NCBI GenBank assembly: GCA_963743525.1
Contig: CAVUQH010000003.1
Coordinates: 288,001-352,000, forward strand
From: an uncultured delta proteobacterium
Lineage (GTDB): Bacteria > Myxococcota_A > Polyangia > Haliangiales > Haliangiaceae
Direction of reading: 5' to 3'
Length of the DNA: 64,000 bases
The notes below the pieces were generated by a model. It did no database searches. It was not told the DNA's origin and was given only the letters and a program-made list of their open reading frames with translations. Made by a program: the position numbers and the translations under genes. Positions 35,255 to 48,971 of the stretch are shown here, one piece after another. Position 1 is the stretch's first letter. Each line of letters begins with the position of its first letter.

Positions 35255-36538
35255 ATGAGGGGAGTCATTCGGGGGGGCGGGCTCGGTCTGCTCGCGCTCG
35301 CGCTGTTGACGCTGGGAGCGCGTGCGGCGGCGGCCTCGCCGCTGGATCTGTTCGGCTTTGGCGGCCGCTCACCGGCGATGGCCGGCACCGGCGTGTCGAC
35401 CGCCACCGGCTTCGACGCCACCTGGATCAATCCCGCCGGCCTGGCCGACGTGCAGCGCAAGCGCGTCACGTTCGGCTACATGTACGGCGACTTCGCGCTG
35501 AACTTCGACGGCAAGGGCACCGGCACCGACCCGGTGCAGGGGCTGGTCTTCGGCGGCGCGCTGCCGATTCCGCTGGGCGGGTTCATGCACGACCGCGTCG
35601 GCCTCGGCCTCGGCTTTCACGTGCCGCCCAACTCCATCAACCGCGCGCGCCACCCGTTTCCCGGCGACCCGGTGTACGAGCTGCTCGAGACCCGCGGTCA
35701 CGTCGTCGGCATCCAGGCCGCGGTCGGCGTCGTCGCCACCGACTGGTTGCGCGTCGGCTTCGGCGTGCAGGCGCTGGCGACGCTCGACGGCACCATCCAC
35801 GTCTCCACCGACGCCGCCGGGCGCTTCACCACCAAGAGCGAGCAGGAACTGATCACCCGCTTCGCCCCGCTGATCGGGGCGCGCCTGCGCGGGCCGACGC
35901 GACACACCCAGCTCGGCCTGGTCCTGCGCGGCGAGGCCAAGACCGCCTACCAGATCATCGTCACCAACGATCTGATCAAGTCGCTGCCGCTGACGGTGCC
36001 GACGTTGACCATCGGCGGCACCTCGCAGTTCGATCCGCTGACCGTCGCCGCCGAGCTGGCGTGGGAAGCGACCGGCGACGTCCGCGTCGAGGGGCAGCTG
36101 GCGTGGCAGAACTGGTCGGCCTATCCGCTGCCCACGATCAACCCGGTGATGAACGATCCGCCGCAGGATCCGCCCAACTTCCACGACACCGTGGTCCCGC
36201 GCCTGGGCGTGCAGTGGATGCTGCTGCGCGATCGCGAAAAGGGCGTGGCGCTGCGCGGTGGCTACGCTTTCGTGCCCACGCCGGCGCCGGAAGCGACGGG
36301 CCGCCAGTCGATGCTCGACAACAGCCGCCACGTGCTGTCGGCCGGCCTGGGCGTGCAGCTGCCCGGCACCGTCGCGCCGCTGCACCTGGATGTGTGGATG
36401 CAGCTGCACCTGCTGGTGCCGCGGCGCAACACCAAGGACCTGTCCAACTACGGCCCCGACGACGTGCTGCCGTTCTACACCATCGAGACCGGCGGCCACA
36501 TCGTGGTCGGCGGCGCCACCCTGGGAGTGGACATCTGA
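35255..36538 (+). CDS. FadL/OmpP1-like outer-membrane beta-barrel (paralog 1)
   Basis: Signal peptide; PLDLFGFGGRSPAMAG..NPAGL hatch motif; FHDTVVPRLG, LRGGY..PTP. Confidence 0.78.
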   Translation: MRGVIRGGGLGLLALALLTLGARAAAASPLDLFGFGGRSPAMAGTGVSTATGFDATWINPAGLADVQRKRVTFGYMYGDFALNFDGKGTGTDPVQGLVFGGALPIPLGGFMHDRVGLGLGFHVPPNSINRARHPFPGDPVYELLETRGHVVGIQAAVGVVATDWLRVGFGVQALATLDGTIHVSTDAAGRFTTKSEQELITRFAPLIGARLRGPTRHTQLGLVLRGEAKTAYQIIVTNDLIKSLPLTVPTLTIGGTSQFDPLTVAAELAWEATGDVRVEGQLAWQNWSAYPLPTINPVMNDPPQDPPNFHDTVVPRLGVQWMLLRDREKGVALRGGYAFVPTPAPEATGRQSMLDNSRHVLSAGLGVQLPGTVAPLHLDVWMQLHLLVPRRNTKDLSNYGPDDVLPFYTIETGGHIVVGGATLGVDI

Positions 36539-37863
36539 TGCGCGCCGCCACCCTCACCGCCGCGCTGCTGTGCGCGTTGTCGGCGCCGGCCGCGGCCAAC
36601 CCGGTTGACCTGTTCGGCTTCGGCGCGCGCGGCCCGGCCATGGGCACGGCGCAGACCGCGGCCGCCCAGGACGGCGGCGCCAACTACTACAACCCGGCGA
36701 TCCTGGCGACGTTCCCCGACATTCGCATCGACGTCGGCTACCAGTACGCGCAGCCGACCATGCTCATCGACGGCCAGGACGTCGGCGACGATGCCTCGCG
36801 CGGGATGGCGGTCAGCCTCAACGTGCCCGGTCGCATCGGCTCGGTGCGGGTCGCCTTCGGCGGCGCGCTGCTGATCCCCGACGAGCACCTCAGCCGGGTG
36901 CGCACGCTCAACAGCCAGCAGCCGCGCTTCCAGATGTACGACAACCGGCCGCAGCGGCTGTTCCTGGCCGCCAACCTGGCCGCCGAGATCACCGACCGGC
37001 TGTTCGTCGGCGGCGGCATCGCCTACATGTCCAGCACCAGCGGCGGCGTCTACCTGGTCGGACGAGTCGGCTTCCCCGACGCCGAGGACTCCAACCTGGC
37101 CGTGGCCATGGACGTCGACCTCAAGACCGTGCGCTACGGCCAGGCCGGGGTGCTGTTCCGCCTCAACGACTGGATCGATCTGGCCATGTCGTATCGCAGC
37201 CAGTTCAAGGTGACCCTGTCGCAGGACTTCATCGTCACCGGCGCGGTCGGCCCGGCGGGCGGCATGCCGGTGGTGGACAACGGCTACCTGGGGCTGAGCT
37301 CGAAGGCCGAGGATCTGTTCCAGCCGGCGCAGGTGACCTTTGGCGCCAGCGCCCAGCTCACGCCGCGGCTGTCGATGGCGTTCGACGCCACCTTCCTGCG
37401 CTGGTCCAAGTTCACCAACCCGGCCGCGCACATCAACCTCGACCTCGACATCGGCGACTTCAACACGCTGGTCGACATTCCGCCGGCGCCGCCGCTGCCC
37501 GATCCTCACTTCTCCGACACCCTGTCGCCGCGCCTCGGCTTCGAGTACCTGGCCTACACGTCGAAGAAGCACGACGTCACCGCCCGCGCCGGCTACATCT
37601 ACGAGCCGACGCCGGTGCCGGATCAGTTCGGCGAGACCAACTTCATCGACAACGACAAGCACACGCTGTCGCTCGGCGGCGGGCTGACCCTGCGCGGCTT
37701 CAGCGCCGTGTTCCGCAAGCCGCTCGACATCGACGCCTACGTCGCCTACACGATGCTCGAGCCGCGCACCACCGAGAAGCTGTCGCCGGTCGACCCGATT
37801 GGCGACTACCGCGCGACCGGCCACGTCCTGGCCGCCGGGGTGCAGACGAGGTGGAGGTTCTGA
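36538..37863 (+). CDS. FadL/OmpP1-like outer-membrane beta-barrel (paralog 2)
   Basis: NPVDLFGFGARGPAMG..ANYYNPA; FSDTLSPRLG, RAGYIYEPTP; terminal Phe; TGATG coupling. Confidence 0.8.
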   Translation: MRAATLTAALLCALSAPAAANPVDLFGFGARGPAMGTAQTAAAQDGGANYYNPAILATFPDIRIDVGYQYAQPTMLIDGQDVGDDASRGMAVSLNVPGRIGSVRVAFGGALLIPDEHLSRVRTLNSQQPRFQMYDNRPQRLFLAANLAAEITDRLFVGGGIAYMSSTSGGVYLVGRVGFPDAEDSNLAVAMDVDLKTVRYGQAGVLFRLNDWIDLAMSYRSQFKVTLSQDFIVTGAVGPAGGMPVVDNGYLGLSSKAEDLFQPAQVTFGASAQLTPRLSMAFDATFLRWSKFTNPAAHINLDLDIGDFNTLVDIPPAPPLPDPHFSDTLSPRLGFEYLAYTSKKHDVTARAGYIYEPTPVPDQFGETNFIDNDKHTLSLGGGLTLRGFSAVFRKPLDIDAYVAYTMLEPRTTEKLSPVDPIGDYRATGHVLAAGVQTRWRF

Positions 37864-38837
37864 TGCGCGGGACCCGATTGCTGGCGCTGGTGCTGGCGCT
37901 CGGCGGCTGCGGTCTGGGCATCACCGACAGCCCGTCCGGCGGCGCCGACAACCTGCCGACCTCGGGTGCCGGCCCGTACGGCAAGCCGGAGCTCGACTTC
38001 GACACCCCGGCCGACGAGCCGTTCGTGGTCGAGGACGACAGCGGCAACCTGTACGACCCGGCAGTGCTGCGCCGCGACGACGGCGGCTTCCTGTTGTGGA
38101 TGGGCCGCCAGCTGGACAACGTGTTCGACCAGTCCGAGATCTGGCGCGCCGAGATCCCCAGTGTCGAGGATCTCCCCGACGTGCCGCCGACCCCGGCGAT
38201 GCTGCCCGACCAGAGCTGGGAGGTCGGCCGGGTGGCCGCGCCGGCGGTGATCGAGGACGGCGGCCGGCTGGTCATGTATTACGAGGGCGGCGCCCCGGAC
38301 GCGCCGTCGATCGGCCGGGCCGAGTCCGCCGACGGCGGGGTCACCTGGCAAAGAGCGGCCGGCAACCCGGTGCTGGCCGACGCCGCCGAGCCGACCGTGG
38401 CCCACGTCGACGGCCAGTGGTACCTGTACGTCACCCGGCCGGGGCAGGTTGGCATCTTCCGGGCCACCAGCGCCGACGGCCTGGCCTTCGCCCTGGACCC
38501 CGGTCCGGTGATCCAGCCCCGACCCGACCTGCCGGGCGCCTTCGACCCGGTCGCCGTCTCCGATCCATTCGTGATCGCTGGGCGAACCGAAGCGGGGCAG
38601 CTCCACTGGGCGATGTTCTTCAACGGCATCGACGCCACCGGCGATGCCGCCATCGGCTACGCCGGGTCGTTCGACGGGGTCGTCTGGGAGCGGTTCGGGG
38701 GCCCGGATCCGGTCCTGACCGACGGCAGCCCGTCCGAAAATGGCCCGACCGCGGTGCTCGAGCCGACCCGCGGGTTCCTCTTCTACCAGCAGATCGGGCA
38801 GCAGCGGCAGCGCATCGCCGTGGCGCTGCACCCGTGA
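37863..38837 (+). CDS. Lipoprotein with 5-bladed beta-propeller (GH43/32/130-like)
   Basis: Lipobox LGGC; blades LYDPAVL, VAAPAVI..MYY, IGRAESADGG..W..NPVL, EPTV, SDPFV, GPTAV. Confidence 0.7.
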   Translation: MRGTRLLALVLALGGCGLGITDSPSGGADNLPTSGAGPYGKPELDFDTPADEPFVVEDDSGNLYDPAVLRRDDGGFLLWMGRQLDNVFDQSEIWRAEIPSVEDLPDVPPTPAMLPDQSWEVGRVAAPAVIEDGGRLVMYYEGGAPDAPSIGRAESADGGVTWQRAAGNPVLADAAEPTVAHVDGQWYLYVTRPGQVGIFRATSADGLAFALDPGPVIQPRPDLPGAFDPVAVSDPFVIAGRTEAGQLHWAMFFNGIDATGDAAIGYAGSFDGVVWERFGGPDPVLTDGSPSENGPTAVLEPTRGFLFYQQIGQQRQRIAVALHP

Positions 38838-38932
38838 TGTGGATCCGCAGATTTCGACATGTTAGATTGCTTGATGGGCTGGTCGAGGCGGTGGGGGCTG
38901 TCCGCGCCCGGCCCGAGTGAAAGTCGGGAGGA

Positions 38933-40722
<1,790 letters not shown>

Positions 40723-40744
40723 GCGCAGCTTTGCCCGTAGCGAG

Positions 40745-40862
40745 GCGAGGGCGTAGCTGCGCGAGCAGATTGGGCCGCACCCCCGCAGCGACCGAGGGAG
40801 CGGGCTGAAGCCCGTGACCGAAAGAGCGAGGAGGTACGGCGCAAGACGCCGCGCAGATCCGT
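40745..40862 (+). repeat. 118-bp dispersed structured repeat, copy 1
   Basis: Matches reverse complement of 58753-58870 without gaps, about 10 mismatches by manual alignment. Confidence 0.93.
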
Positions 40863-40871
40863 CCTCGGCCG

Positions 40872-41799
40872 CTACGGGACGACGACGAACTCGCGCTGCA
40901 TGAGGCTGACCAGGTGCTGCGCGGCGTCGAGGTCGGGGCCCGGGTAGTAGTCGAGCACTGCCTGCAGCTGACCGTGGTCGAGGACCAGCTGGAAGGTGTC
41001 GAGCTCCTCGGGCGACAGCTCGCGCAGCTTGCCGGCCAGCGGCGTCGGCACGGCCAGGGCCGAGTCGCGCGGCGGCAGCCGGTTTTCGATCTGGCGCAGC
41101 TCGTCGAGCTGGCGCACGCCCTCCATGAGCAGGGCCTCGGTCGACTCGCTGACCTCTTCCATCACCTGCATCTCGACCGACGGCGACAGCTCGAAGGTGC
41201 CGCTCTGCCAGGTCAGCATGCGGTAGATCGCCTTCTGCGGGCTGATGGCGAAGTCGTCGTTGATGGCGGCGAAGTAGATCTGACCCTTGCGCAGGTAGAT
41301 CTTGCCGATGGCGTGGGGCGCCGCGATCATCAAGACGCCCGACTTGCGGCTGGTTGACAGGAGCTGCAACAGGTCCGGCAGCGGGATCTCTTCGATGACG
41401 CCCGACATCGGCCGGCCGGAGGTGGACTGGCGGTTGGCGCCGGCTTCCAGGCGGCGGCGCGCCTCGGCCTCGGAGGTGTTGTCGGCGCTGGCGTCGACCG
41501 CGACCATCTTGATGATCGACGTGCCGACGAGAATGCGGTCGCCTTCGACCAGGCGCGAGCGGGTCACCTTCTCGCCGTTGACGAAGGTGCCGTTGGTCGA
41601 ACCCGAGGTCCTGGATGTAGACCTCCGCGTCGGTGGTGGAGATCTTGGCGTGACGCCGCGACACCATGTCCTCGACGAGAACCATGTCCAGGTCGCTCGA
41701 GCGACCGATGATGATCTCTCGGTTCATCCGAAGGGGGAATTCACCTCCTTGGTACTTCCCCGAGATGAAACGGAGCGCAAACCGCGGTCGATCTTGCAT
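40872..41799 (-). CDS. FHA + DUF4388 (PatA-N-like) domain protein; apparent frameshift at ~41596-41602
   Basis: IIGRSS, VSRRHA, DLG(S)TNGTFVNG once GTCGAC is restored; MSGVIEEIPLPDLLQLL..RKSGVL..GKIYLRKGQI. Confidence 0.9.
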
Positions 41800-41876
41800 T
41801 TTCCCTGTCTGTACGGACCCTTACGAGGAAGATACAGTGTTGGCGCGGCACGGGGCAAGTTGCCGCGAACAAATCC

Positions 41877-42752
41877 CTACTCGGTGCCGGCTCTTCTCCG
41901 GCGAGGACGGGCTCGTGTCGACCCTTCCTCGTCGTCGTCCGAGACGGCGCGCACCGGGGATTCCGGGCGCAGGATTCCCATCAACCGCTTGTACACCATC
42001 GGCGAGACCACCAGGCTCGAATGGCCCAGTGGGACCGTTACGGCGTGGGCATCGCGCAGGCGCGTCGACGGCAGCGGGCAGACCCAGTCGCGGGCTGCGG
42101 CCACGGTGTGGACCTCGACACCGGGCGGTATCGGCCCCTGGGCCAGCTCGTCGAGGAAGCGGCTGCGGGGCAATAGCTGCCACGACGAGGTTGACAGCAT
42201 GCCCATGGTGACCACGCCGAGCAGCGCCGCCCAGGTGCCCTTGACCGGCGATCCGATCATCAGCAGCTTGCGCACGCGGGTGTGGCCGCCGAGCTTCTTG
42301 ACGTAGTAGAGCCCGATCAGGCCGCCCATCGAGTGGCCGATGATGTCGATCTTCTCGACCGCGGTCTGCGCCAGGATGCGCTCGATCTTGCGGTGGATGA
42401 GGAACGCCGAGCGGCGGATGTCGCGGGTGTTGAAGGTGCCCAGGTTGAACGAGAAGACCGTGATCCCCTCTTCCTGCAGGCGCCGCTCGAGCACGTACAT
42501 CGAGCCGCGGGTGCCGAGGAAGCCGTGGATCAACAGCACCGGTGGCTGGCCGTCGACGGTCTCCGCGACGTGCTCGAGGTTGACGCGCTGGCGGATGCGG
42601 TTGCCCCGCGCCAGATGGCGCAGGTAGGCCAGCCCGTGGCGGCCGCCGCGCAGATCCTGGCGCAGCTCGCTGGAGCCGCCCAGCCATCGCGACGGCGCCC
42701 GCGCCAGCCAGCGAAGGAACCACACACCCTGCCGGTCGGACAACTTCGCCAT
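41877..42752 (-). CDS. Alpha/beta hydrolase (lipase/esterase-like)
   Basis: VLLIHGF, IIGHSMGG, GSPVKGT, ARDWV, LGHSSL. Confidence 0.88.
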   Translation of the reverse strand: MAKLSDRQGVWFLRWLARAPSRWLGGSSELRQDLRGGRHGLAYLRHLARGNRIRQRVNLEHVAETVDGQPPVLLIHGFLGTRGSMYVLERRLQEEGITVFSFNLGTFNTRDIRRSAFLIHRKIERILAQTAVEKIDIIGHSMGGLIGLYYVKKLGGHTRVRKLLMIGSPVKGTWAALLGVVTMGMLSTSSWQLLPRSRFLDELAQGPIPPGVEVHTVAAARDWVCPLPSTRLRDAHAVTVPLGHSSLVVSPMVYKRLMGILRPESPVRAVSDDDEEGSTRARPRRRRAGTE

Positions 42753-42756
42753 GGTG

Positions 42757-43404
42757 CTAGCGGAGATCGCGGAAGCCTTCACCACTGAGCTCGGAGCACT
42801 TCATGGCGTAGGCATGGGCGGCGGCGCCCTGGCTGGGGTATTCCACGACTTCCCAGCGGCCCTCGGTGCCGACGGTGCCAGCGCGCGTGATCAGGTAGCT
42901 GGCGTCGCGATAGATGAGCACGAAGTCGTTGCCGCGGCGAAGAGAGCGCGAGTCGCCGGGCGGCGCGATGCCGGGCGGCGACGCCGGCGACTCCGGCGCG
43001 CGGGCGGTGTCGATCTGGTTGTGCCTGGGCATCTCGGCGAACTCCGGCTCGCCGCTGTCGCCCGCGGGCGCCGGTGCCGGCGCCGGCGCAGGTTCTGGCG
43101 CGGGAGGCTGCTTCGCCTCGGGGGCGTCGGCCCTGGCGGTCTTGTCGTCCTTGGGCACGTCGGCCTTGGCGGCCTTGTCGTCCTTGGAGACGTCGGCGTG
43201 GCCCTTGTCGTGCCCGGGGGCGTCGGCCTTGTCGTCCTTGGAGACGTCGGCGTGGCCCTTGTCGTGCCCGGGGCCGTCGGCCTTGGCGGCCTTGTCGTCC
43301 TCGTGGGCGTCGGCCTTGGTCGCCTTGTCGTCCCTGGGGGCGCCGGCGTGGCCCTTGTCGTCCTTGGAATGGGAGTCTGCGCTCGCCTTGTTCTTGTCGG
43401 CCAT
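42757..43404 (-). CDS. Hypothetical protein: Asp/Lys/His-rich repeats plus WGR-like C-terminal domain
   Basis: DDKGHA/DDKAAKAD repeats; LITRAGTVGTEGRWEVVEY..AAAHAY..GEGF. Confidence 0.6.
   Translation of the reverse strand: MADKNKASADSHSKDDKGHAGAPRDDKATKADAHEDDKAAKADGPGHDKGHADVSKDDKADAPGHDKGHADVSKDDKAAKADVPKDDKTARADAPEAKQPPAPEPAPAPAPAPAGDSGEPEFAEMPRHNQIDTARAPESPASPPGIAPPGDSRSLRRGNDFVLIYRDASYLITRAGTVGTEGRWEVVEYPSQGAAAHAYAMKCSELSGEGFRDLR
43170..43273. repeat. Coding direct repeat (~50 bp x2, period 54)
   Basis: CGGCCTTGTCGTCCTTGGAGACGTCGGCGTGGCCCTTGTCGTGCCCGGGG twice. Confidence 0.85.
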
Positions 43405-43558
43405 GATTGCAGTCTTTCCGCAGCGCGGGTCGCCTGGCAAGGTTTTGACGCCGGCGCTGACCCGGTTGGCGGGTAGTTTCGCACGGACCCTCGTCCGAGC
43501 GCCAATGTCGTGAATTCATTGACACACCATCGGGGTCGCCCCTACCCTGATCCTGTCC

Positions 43559-45814
43559 ATGGCTCAATCTGGCGCGGGGGCCGCGGGTCGCCGGCTCGGC
43601 CGCTACCATCTGGCCGAGCCTCTCGGCGGAGGTCCGACGGGAGAGGTCTTCCGAGCGAAGGTCTACGGCGTCGCCGGGTTCGAACGCCAGTTCGCGGTCA
43701 AGCGATTCCACCCGGGGCTGGTCGCTGATCCCGACGTCGCCGCGCAGCTCGCTGCGGCGACGCGCATGTACGGCAGCCTCGAGCATCCGCGCATCGCCCG
43801 GCTGCACGAGTACGGCGTCACCGGCGGAGACACCTTCACCGCCACCGAGCTGGTCGAAGGCATCGACGTCAGTCGACTGCTCGCCGCCACCTTCGGCGAG
43901 GGCGCGCCGCTGGTTCCCGGTGCCGTCGCCGGGCTCGTGTCGCAGGTCGCGCGCGCAGTCGGCTACGCCCACGGTCGCGGCATCTGGCACCTGGGTCTGT
44001 GCCCGACCAACCTGGTCTGCACGCCCGAAGGCGAGGCCAAGGTCACCGACTTCGGCGTGCTGCCGCCGCGCTTGCCGGCGCGCCCGGCCAGCGATCCGAC
44101 GCTGGCGGCGCGCATTCCGTTCCTCGCGCCGGAGCAGCTGGTCGGCGAAGCGACCGGCTCGGCAACCGACGTCTTCCAGCTGGGCGTCATCGCCTACGAG
44201 CTGTTCACCGGTCAGCGTTGCTTCACCGGACCCAGTGGCTTCGAGATCGGGCAAAAGATCTTGTCGTCGCAACCGTCGGCGCCGCCGCTGCCCAAGCCGC
44301 TGGTCAAGGTGATCATGCGCTGCCTGGCGCGGTCGCCGTTCGAGCGCTTCCCCGACGCCGGTGCCATGGCCGACGCTCTCGACGCGGCGGTGCGGTCGAC
44401 GCCGCTGGCCGGCGCCAAGCGCGACATCGCGGTGGCCGTGCGCAAGGCGATGGAGCGGGCCGCGGCGCTGCACCAGAGCGGCACCTCCGGCGCGCTCAGC
44501 TTTCCCCTGCCGTCACCGCCGATGGCGCGAGCGGCGGCCGACGCGGCGGCCGGTCCCGGTGCGCCGCCGGTCCGCCGCGGCGCGCCGCCGCCGGTTCGCG
44601 AGCGGCCCAGCGGCGACATTCCGACCATTCCGCGCAAGACGGTGATGGGCGTGGCCGCGCCGTTCCAGATCCCCGACATCAAGCCGATGGCGTCGTCGCC
44701 GGCGCGGCCGTCTGCCGGCGGTCACGACGAGGAGGCGCCGACGACGATCCGCGACCGCTCCGGCAGCAGCGTGCTCGAGCCGGTCGGCACCGCCAGGCAG
44801 GCGATCGAAGGATCGCAGCCCGAGATCGAGCTGTCGATGTCGGACCTCGAGCTGCCGCCGACCACCCCGGCGACGCCGTCCCCGGTGCTGCCGCAGACTC
44901 CGGCGCCGATCGCCGAGCCGCAGTCCAGCCGGTTGCTGCAGACCATCAGCGACGTCGAGCCGCCCGCCGAGGCGCTGCCCGAGGCGATGCCGATGCCGCT
45001 GCCGGCACCGATCGAGGAGCCGCCACCGCCGCCGCCGCGGCCGTCGCGGAGCGGACGGCGGATCCTGATCGGCGTGCTGTCACTGGTCCTCGTCGGCGGT
45101 GCCGCCGGTGGAGGCTGGTACCTCTACCAGCGATCGTCGTTGACCGAGGCCAGGTCGGACACCGGCACCGGTGGTGCCGTCGCCGATCGCGCGGCGGCGG
45201 GCAACGGCGCGTCGTCGGCCAAGCCGGCCGTGGCCGACCATCCGGCGGCAACCGATGCGGCGGCGGTCGCCGATCACCCGGTAGTGCCGCCGGCGCCGGC
45301 AGCCATCGACGCCGGCGTGGTGGCCACGGCGCCTCCGGCCGACGCCGCCGCCCCGGCGGTGGCCGACGACGAGCGCACCGAGGCCACCGAGCCGGGCAAG
45401 ATGCGCATCGAGAGCACTCCGCCCGGCGCGGAGATCTACATCGACGGCACCGACAAGGGCAAGACACCGCAGACCGTCAACGGCATCAGCGACACCGTGT
45501 CACTGGCGCTGATCCTGCCCGGCTACGGCCTGTACACCACCGACACCGCGGGCGCCGGCACGCACCGCGTGACCCTGAAGCCGGTGACGCCGCCGGAGGG
45601 CCCGGCCGGCATCAAGGTGCGCTGCCACAAGAAGAACCGCTACTACGTCATCGTCGACGGCCACGACGTCGGCCAGCTGTGTCCGACCGAGCGGATCGGC
45701 GTCGACCTCGGGCCCCACGACGTCGAGGTCTACGACCCCGAGACCGAGCAGAAGCGCGCCTTCCACATCGACGTCAAGCAGACGCGCAACAGCCACCGCG
45801 TCTACGTCGACTGA
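43559..45814 (+). CDS. Membrane Ser/Thr kinase-like protein, probable pseudokinase, with PEGA domain
   Basis: LGGGPTGEV, FAVK, DFG, LAPE retained; catalytic loop HLGLCPTN lacks the HRD Asp; TM; IESTPPGAEIYIDG. Confidence 0.85.
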   Translation: MAQSGAGAAGRRLGRYHLAEPLGGGPTGEVFRAKVYGVAGFERQFAVKRFHPGLVADPDVAAQLAAATRMYGSLEHPRIARLHEYGVTGGDTFTATELVEGIDVSRLLAATFGEGAPLVPGAVAGLVSQVARAVGYAHGRGIWHLGLCPTNLVCTPEGEAKVTDFGVLPPRLPARPASDPTLAARIPFLAPEQLVGEATGSATDVFQLGVIAYELFTGQRCFTGPSGFEIGQKILSSQPSAPPLPKPLVKVIMRCLARSPFERFPDAGAMADALDAAVRSTPLAGAKRDIAVAVRKAMERAAALHQSGTSGALSFPLPSPPMARAAADAAAGPGAPPVRRGAPPPVRERPSGDIPTIPRKTVMGVAAPFQIPDIKPMASSPARPSAGGHDEEAPTTIRDRSGSSVLEPVGTARQAIEGSQPEIELSMSDLELPPTTPATPSPVLPQTPAPIAEPQSSRLLQTISDVEPPAEALPEAMPMPLPAPIEEPPPPPPRPSRSGRRILIGVLSLVLVGGAAGGGWYLYQRSSLTEARSDTGTGGAVADRAAAGNGASSAKPAVADHPAATDAAAVADHPVVPPAPAAIDAGVVATAPPADAAAPAVADDERTEATEPGKMRIESTPPGAEIYIDGTDKGKTPQTVNGISDTVSLALILPGYGLYTTDTAGAGTHRVTLKPVTPPEGPAGIKVRCHKKNRYYVIVDGHDVGQLCPTERIGVDLGPHDVEVYDPETEQKRAFHIDVKQTRNSHRVYVD

Positions 45815-45819
45815 CCGAG

Positions 45820-47181
<1,362 letters not shown>

Positions 47182-47278
47182 AAGTGCCGATGCCGGTGGC
47201 AGCGCCCGAAATACTATCGGCTCGGGCCCTGTGCTGTCTAGGCGCCCGCGTGCCACATCCGCGGGAACCTTGCACTTT

Positions 47279-48859
47279 TCACGGTGAAGAGACGTTCGCG
47301 GGGGCACGCTCGGGGGCGTCGGTGTCGAGCTTTGGCCCGGTGAGACCGATCGCCGCGGCTACGCCGATACCGGCCAAAAGGATGGCCGCGACGATGATCC
47401 AGCCCCAGCGGCGGCGCGGGGAGACGGTGTCGTGGTCCATGTCGACCCCGGAAACCTCGACGCCGCTGACGTCGTAGTCGTCGTCGGCGTAGGGGTCGTC
47501 GGGGGTGGCGGCGGGCGCGACCTCGGGCGCCGGCGAGTAGGCGTCGACATCGCCGGGCACGGCCACCGGCGGATCGGCGACCTCGTCGTCCAGGTCGTGC
47601 TCACCGAAGGCGCCGAGATCGACCAGCGGCTTTGCGCCGGCGTGGTCACCCTCGCCGGCGATGTTGATCATCGAGGTCAGCTCGAGCCCCTGCAGGCGGC
47701 TGAGGTGGGTCAGCGAGGTCTGCGCGCGGCGGCGGCGCGCGGCCCCGGCATCGAGGATCTCGTTCATCTCGTCCGGGCCGACGACCACGCTGATCAGCTC
47801 GTCCTCGTAGTCGTCCAGCCCGGACAGCGCCGATACGTCGATCTGCTCGGTGCCCTCGTGGACGTCGTCGTACAGCTCGGTGCCACCGCTGTCGCCGGTC
47901 TCGGTGCCTTCCAGCTCGCGCCAGGCGTTGGGCCGGCCGCAGACCTCGCGCAGATGCTCGCCCAGCTCCGGCGCCGACATCATCAGACCGTGGCGGTGGG
48001 CGACGCGGAGCAGCGCCTCCTGCAGCTCGCCCGCGGTCTGGTAGCGGTGGTCGGGCTCGACCGCCAGCGCGCGCAGCATCACCTTGTCGAGCTCCGGCGG
48101 CAGGCCGGGGATCTTCTTGGACAGCAGCTCGATCGGCTGGCCGTAGATCTCGTCGGGCGAGGTGGTGAGGCCGGCGTGGACGAACAGCCGCTCGCCGGTG
48201 ATGACCTCGTAGATACAGACCGCCAGCGAGTACAGGTCGGAGCGGTGGTCGAGCGGCAGGTTGCGCGCCTGCTCCGGCGACATGTAGCCGATCTTGCCCT
48301 TGACCCGGTAGAAGACCGAGTTGTGCGTCGACGCCTTGGCGATGCCGAAGTCGGTCAGCTTCACCTCGCCGTTCTTCGACACCAGGATGTTCGACGGCGA
48401 CACGTCGCGGTGGATGAGGCGCAGCGGCTTGCCGTGGGGGCCGATCTTGCTGTGCGCATAGGCCAGCGCCGACAGCACCTCGCGGGCGATCAAGATGCCG
48501 GCTGCCGGTGAGAACTGGTGCTTGCGCCGCTTGGACTTCTTGAGCAGCGTCCGCAGGTCGGCGCCGTCGAGATACTCCATGACGATGAAGTGCTCGTCGC
48601 CGGCGGTGACCAGGTCGATGGTGTGGATGATGTTGGCGTGATCGAGCGAGGCCGACAGCCGGGCCTCGCGCAGGAACAGGTCGATGAACTCCGGCTGCTG
48701 GGTAAACTCCGGCAACAGCTGCTTGAGCACGACTTCCTTCTCGAAGCCGCCTGCCCCCAGCTTCTTGCCGAGGTAGATCGCGCCCATACCGCCCTCGGCC
48801 AGGTACTTGAGGACGACGTAGCGGTCGATGGGGGCGCCCTGCGGGGAGCTGTCGACCAT
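47279..48859 (-). CDS. Ser/Thr protein kinase with acidic linker and C-terminal TM
   Basis: LAEGGMGAI, VVLK, HRDVSPSN, DFG, GKIGYMSPEQ. Confidence 0.93.
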   Translation of the reverse strand: MVDSSPQGAPIDRYVVLKYLAEGGMGAIYLGKKLGAGGFEKEVVLKQLLPEFTQQPEFIDLFLREARLSASLDHANIIHTIDLVTAGDEHFIVMEYLDGADLRTLLKKSKRRKHQFSPAAGILIAREVLSALAYAHSKIGPHGKPLRLIHRDVSPSNILVSKNGEVKLTDFGIAKASTHNSVFYRVKGKIGYMSPEQARNLPLDHRSDLYSLAVCIYEVITGERLFVHAGLTTSPDEIYGQPIELLSKKIPGLPPELDKVMLRALAVEPDHRYQTAGELQEALLRVAHRHGLMMSAPELGEHLREVCGRPNAWRELEGTETGDSGGTELYDDVHEGTEQIDVSALSGLDDYEDELISVVVGPDEMNEILDAGAARRRRAQTSLTHLSRLQGLELTSMINIAGEGDHAGAKPLVDLGAFGEHDLDDEVADPPVAVPGDVDAYSPAPEVAPAATPDDPYADDDYDVSGVEVSGVDMDHDTVSPRRRWGWIIVAAILLAGIGVAAAIGLTGPKLDTDAPERAPANVSSP

Positions 48860-48971
48860 CGCCCGCAGTGTACCATCAGCACACTGTTGCGCCGGCGCCA
48901 CAGGCGGTTGGCGTGGTTTCGGCGGCTTCGCGGGCGGGCGGCGCGGTACGCCGCTTGCTGCGACGGGGGGT

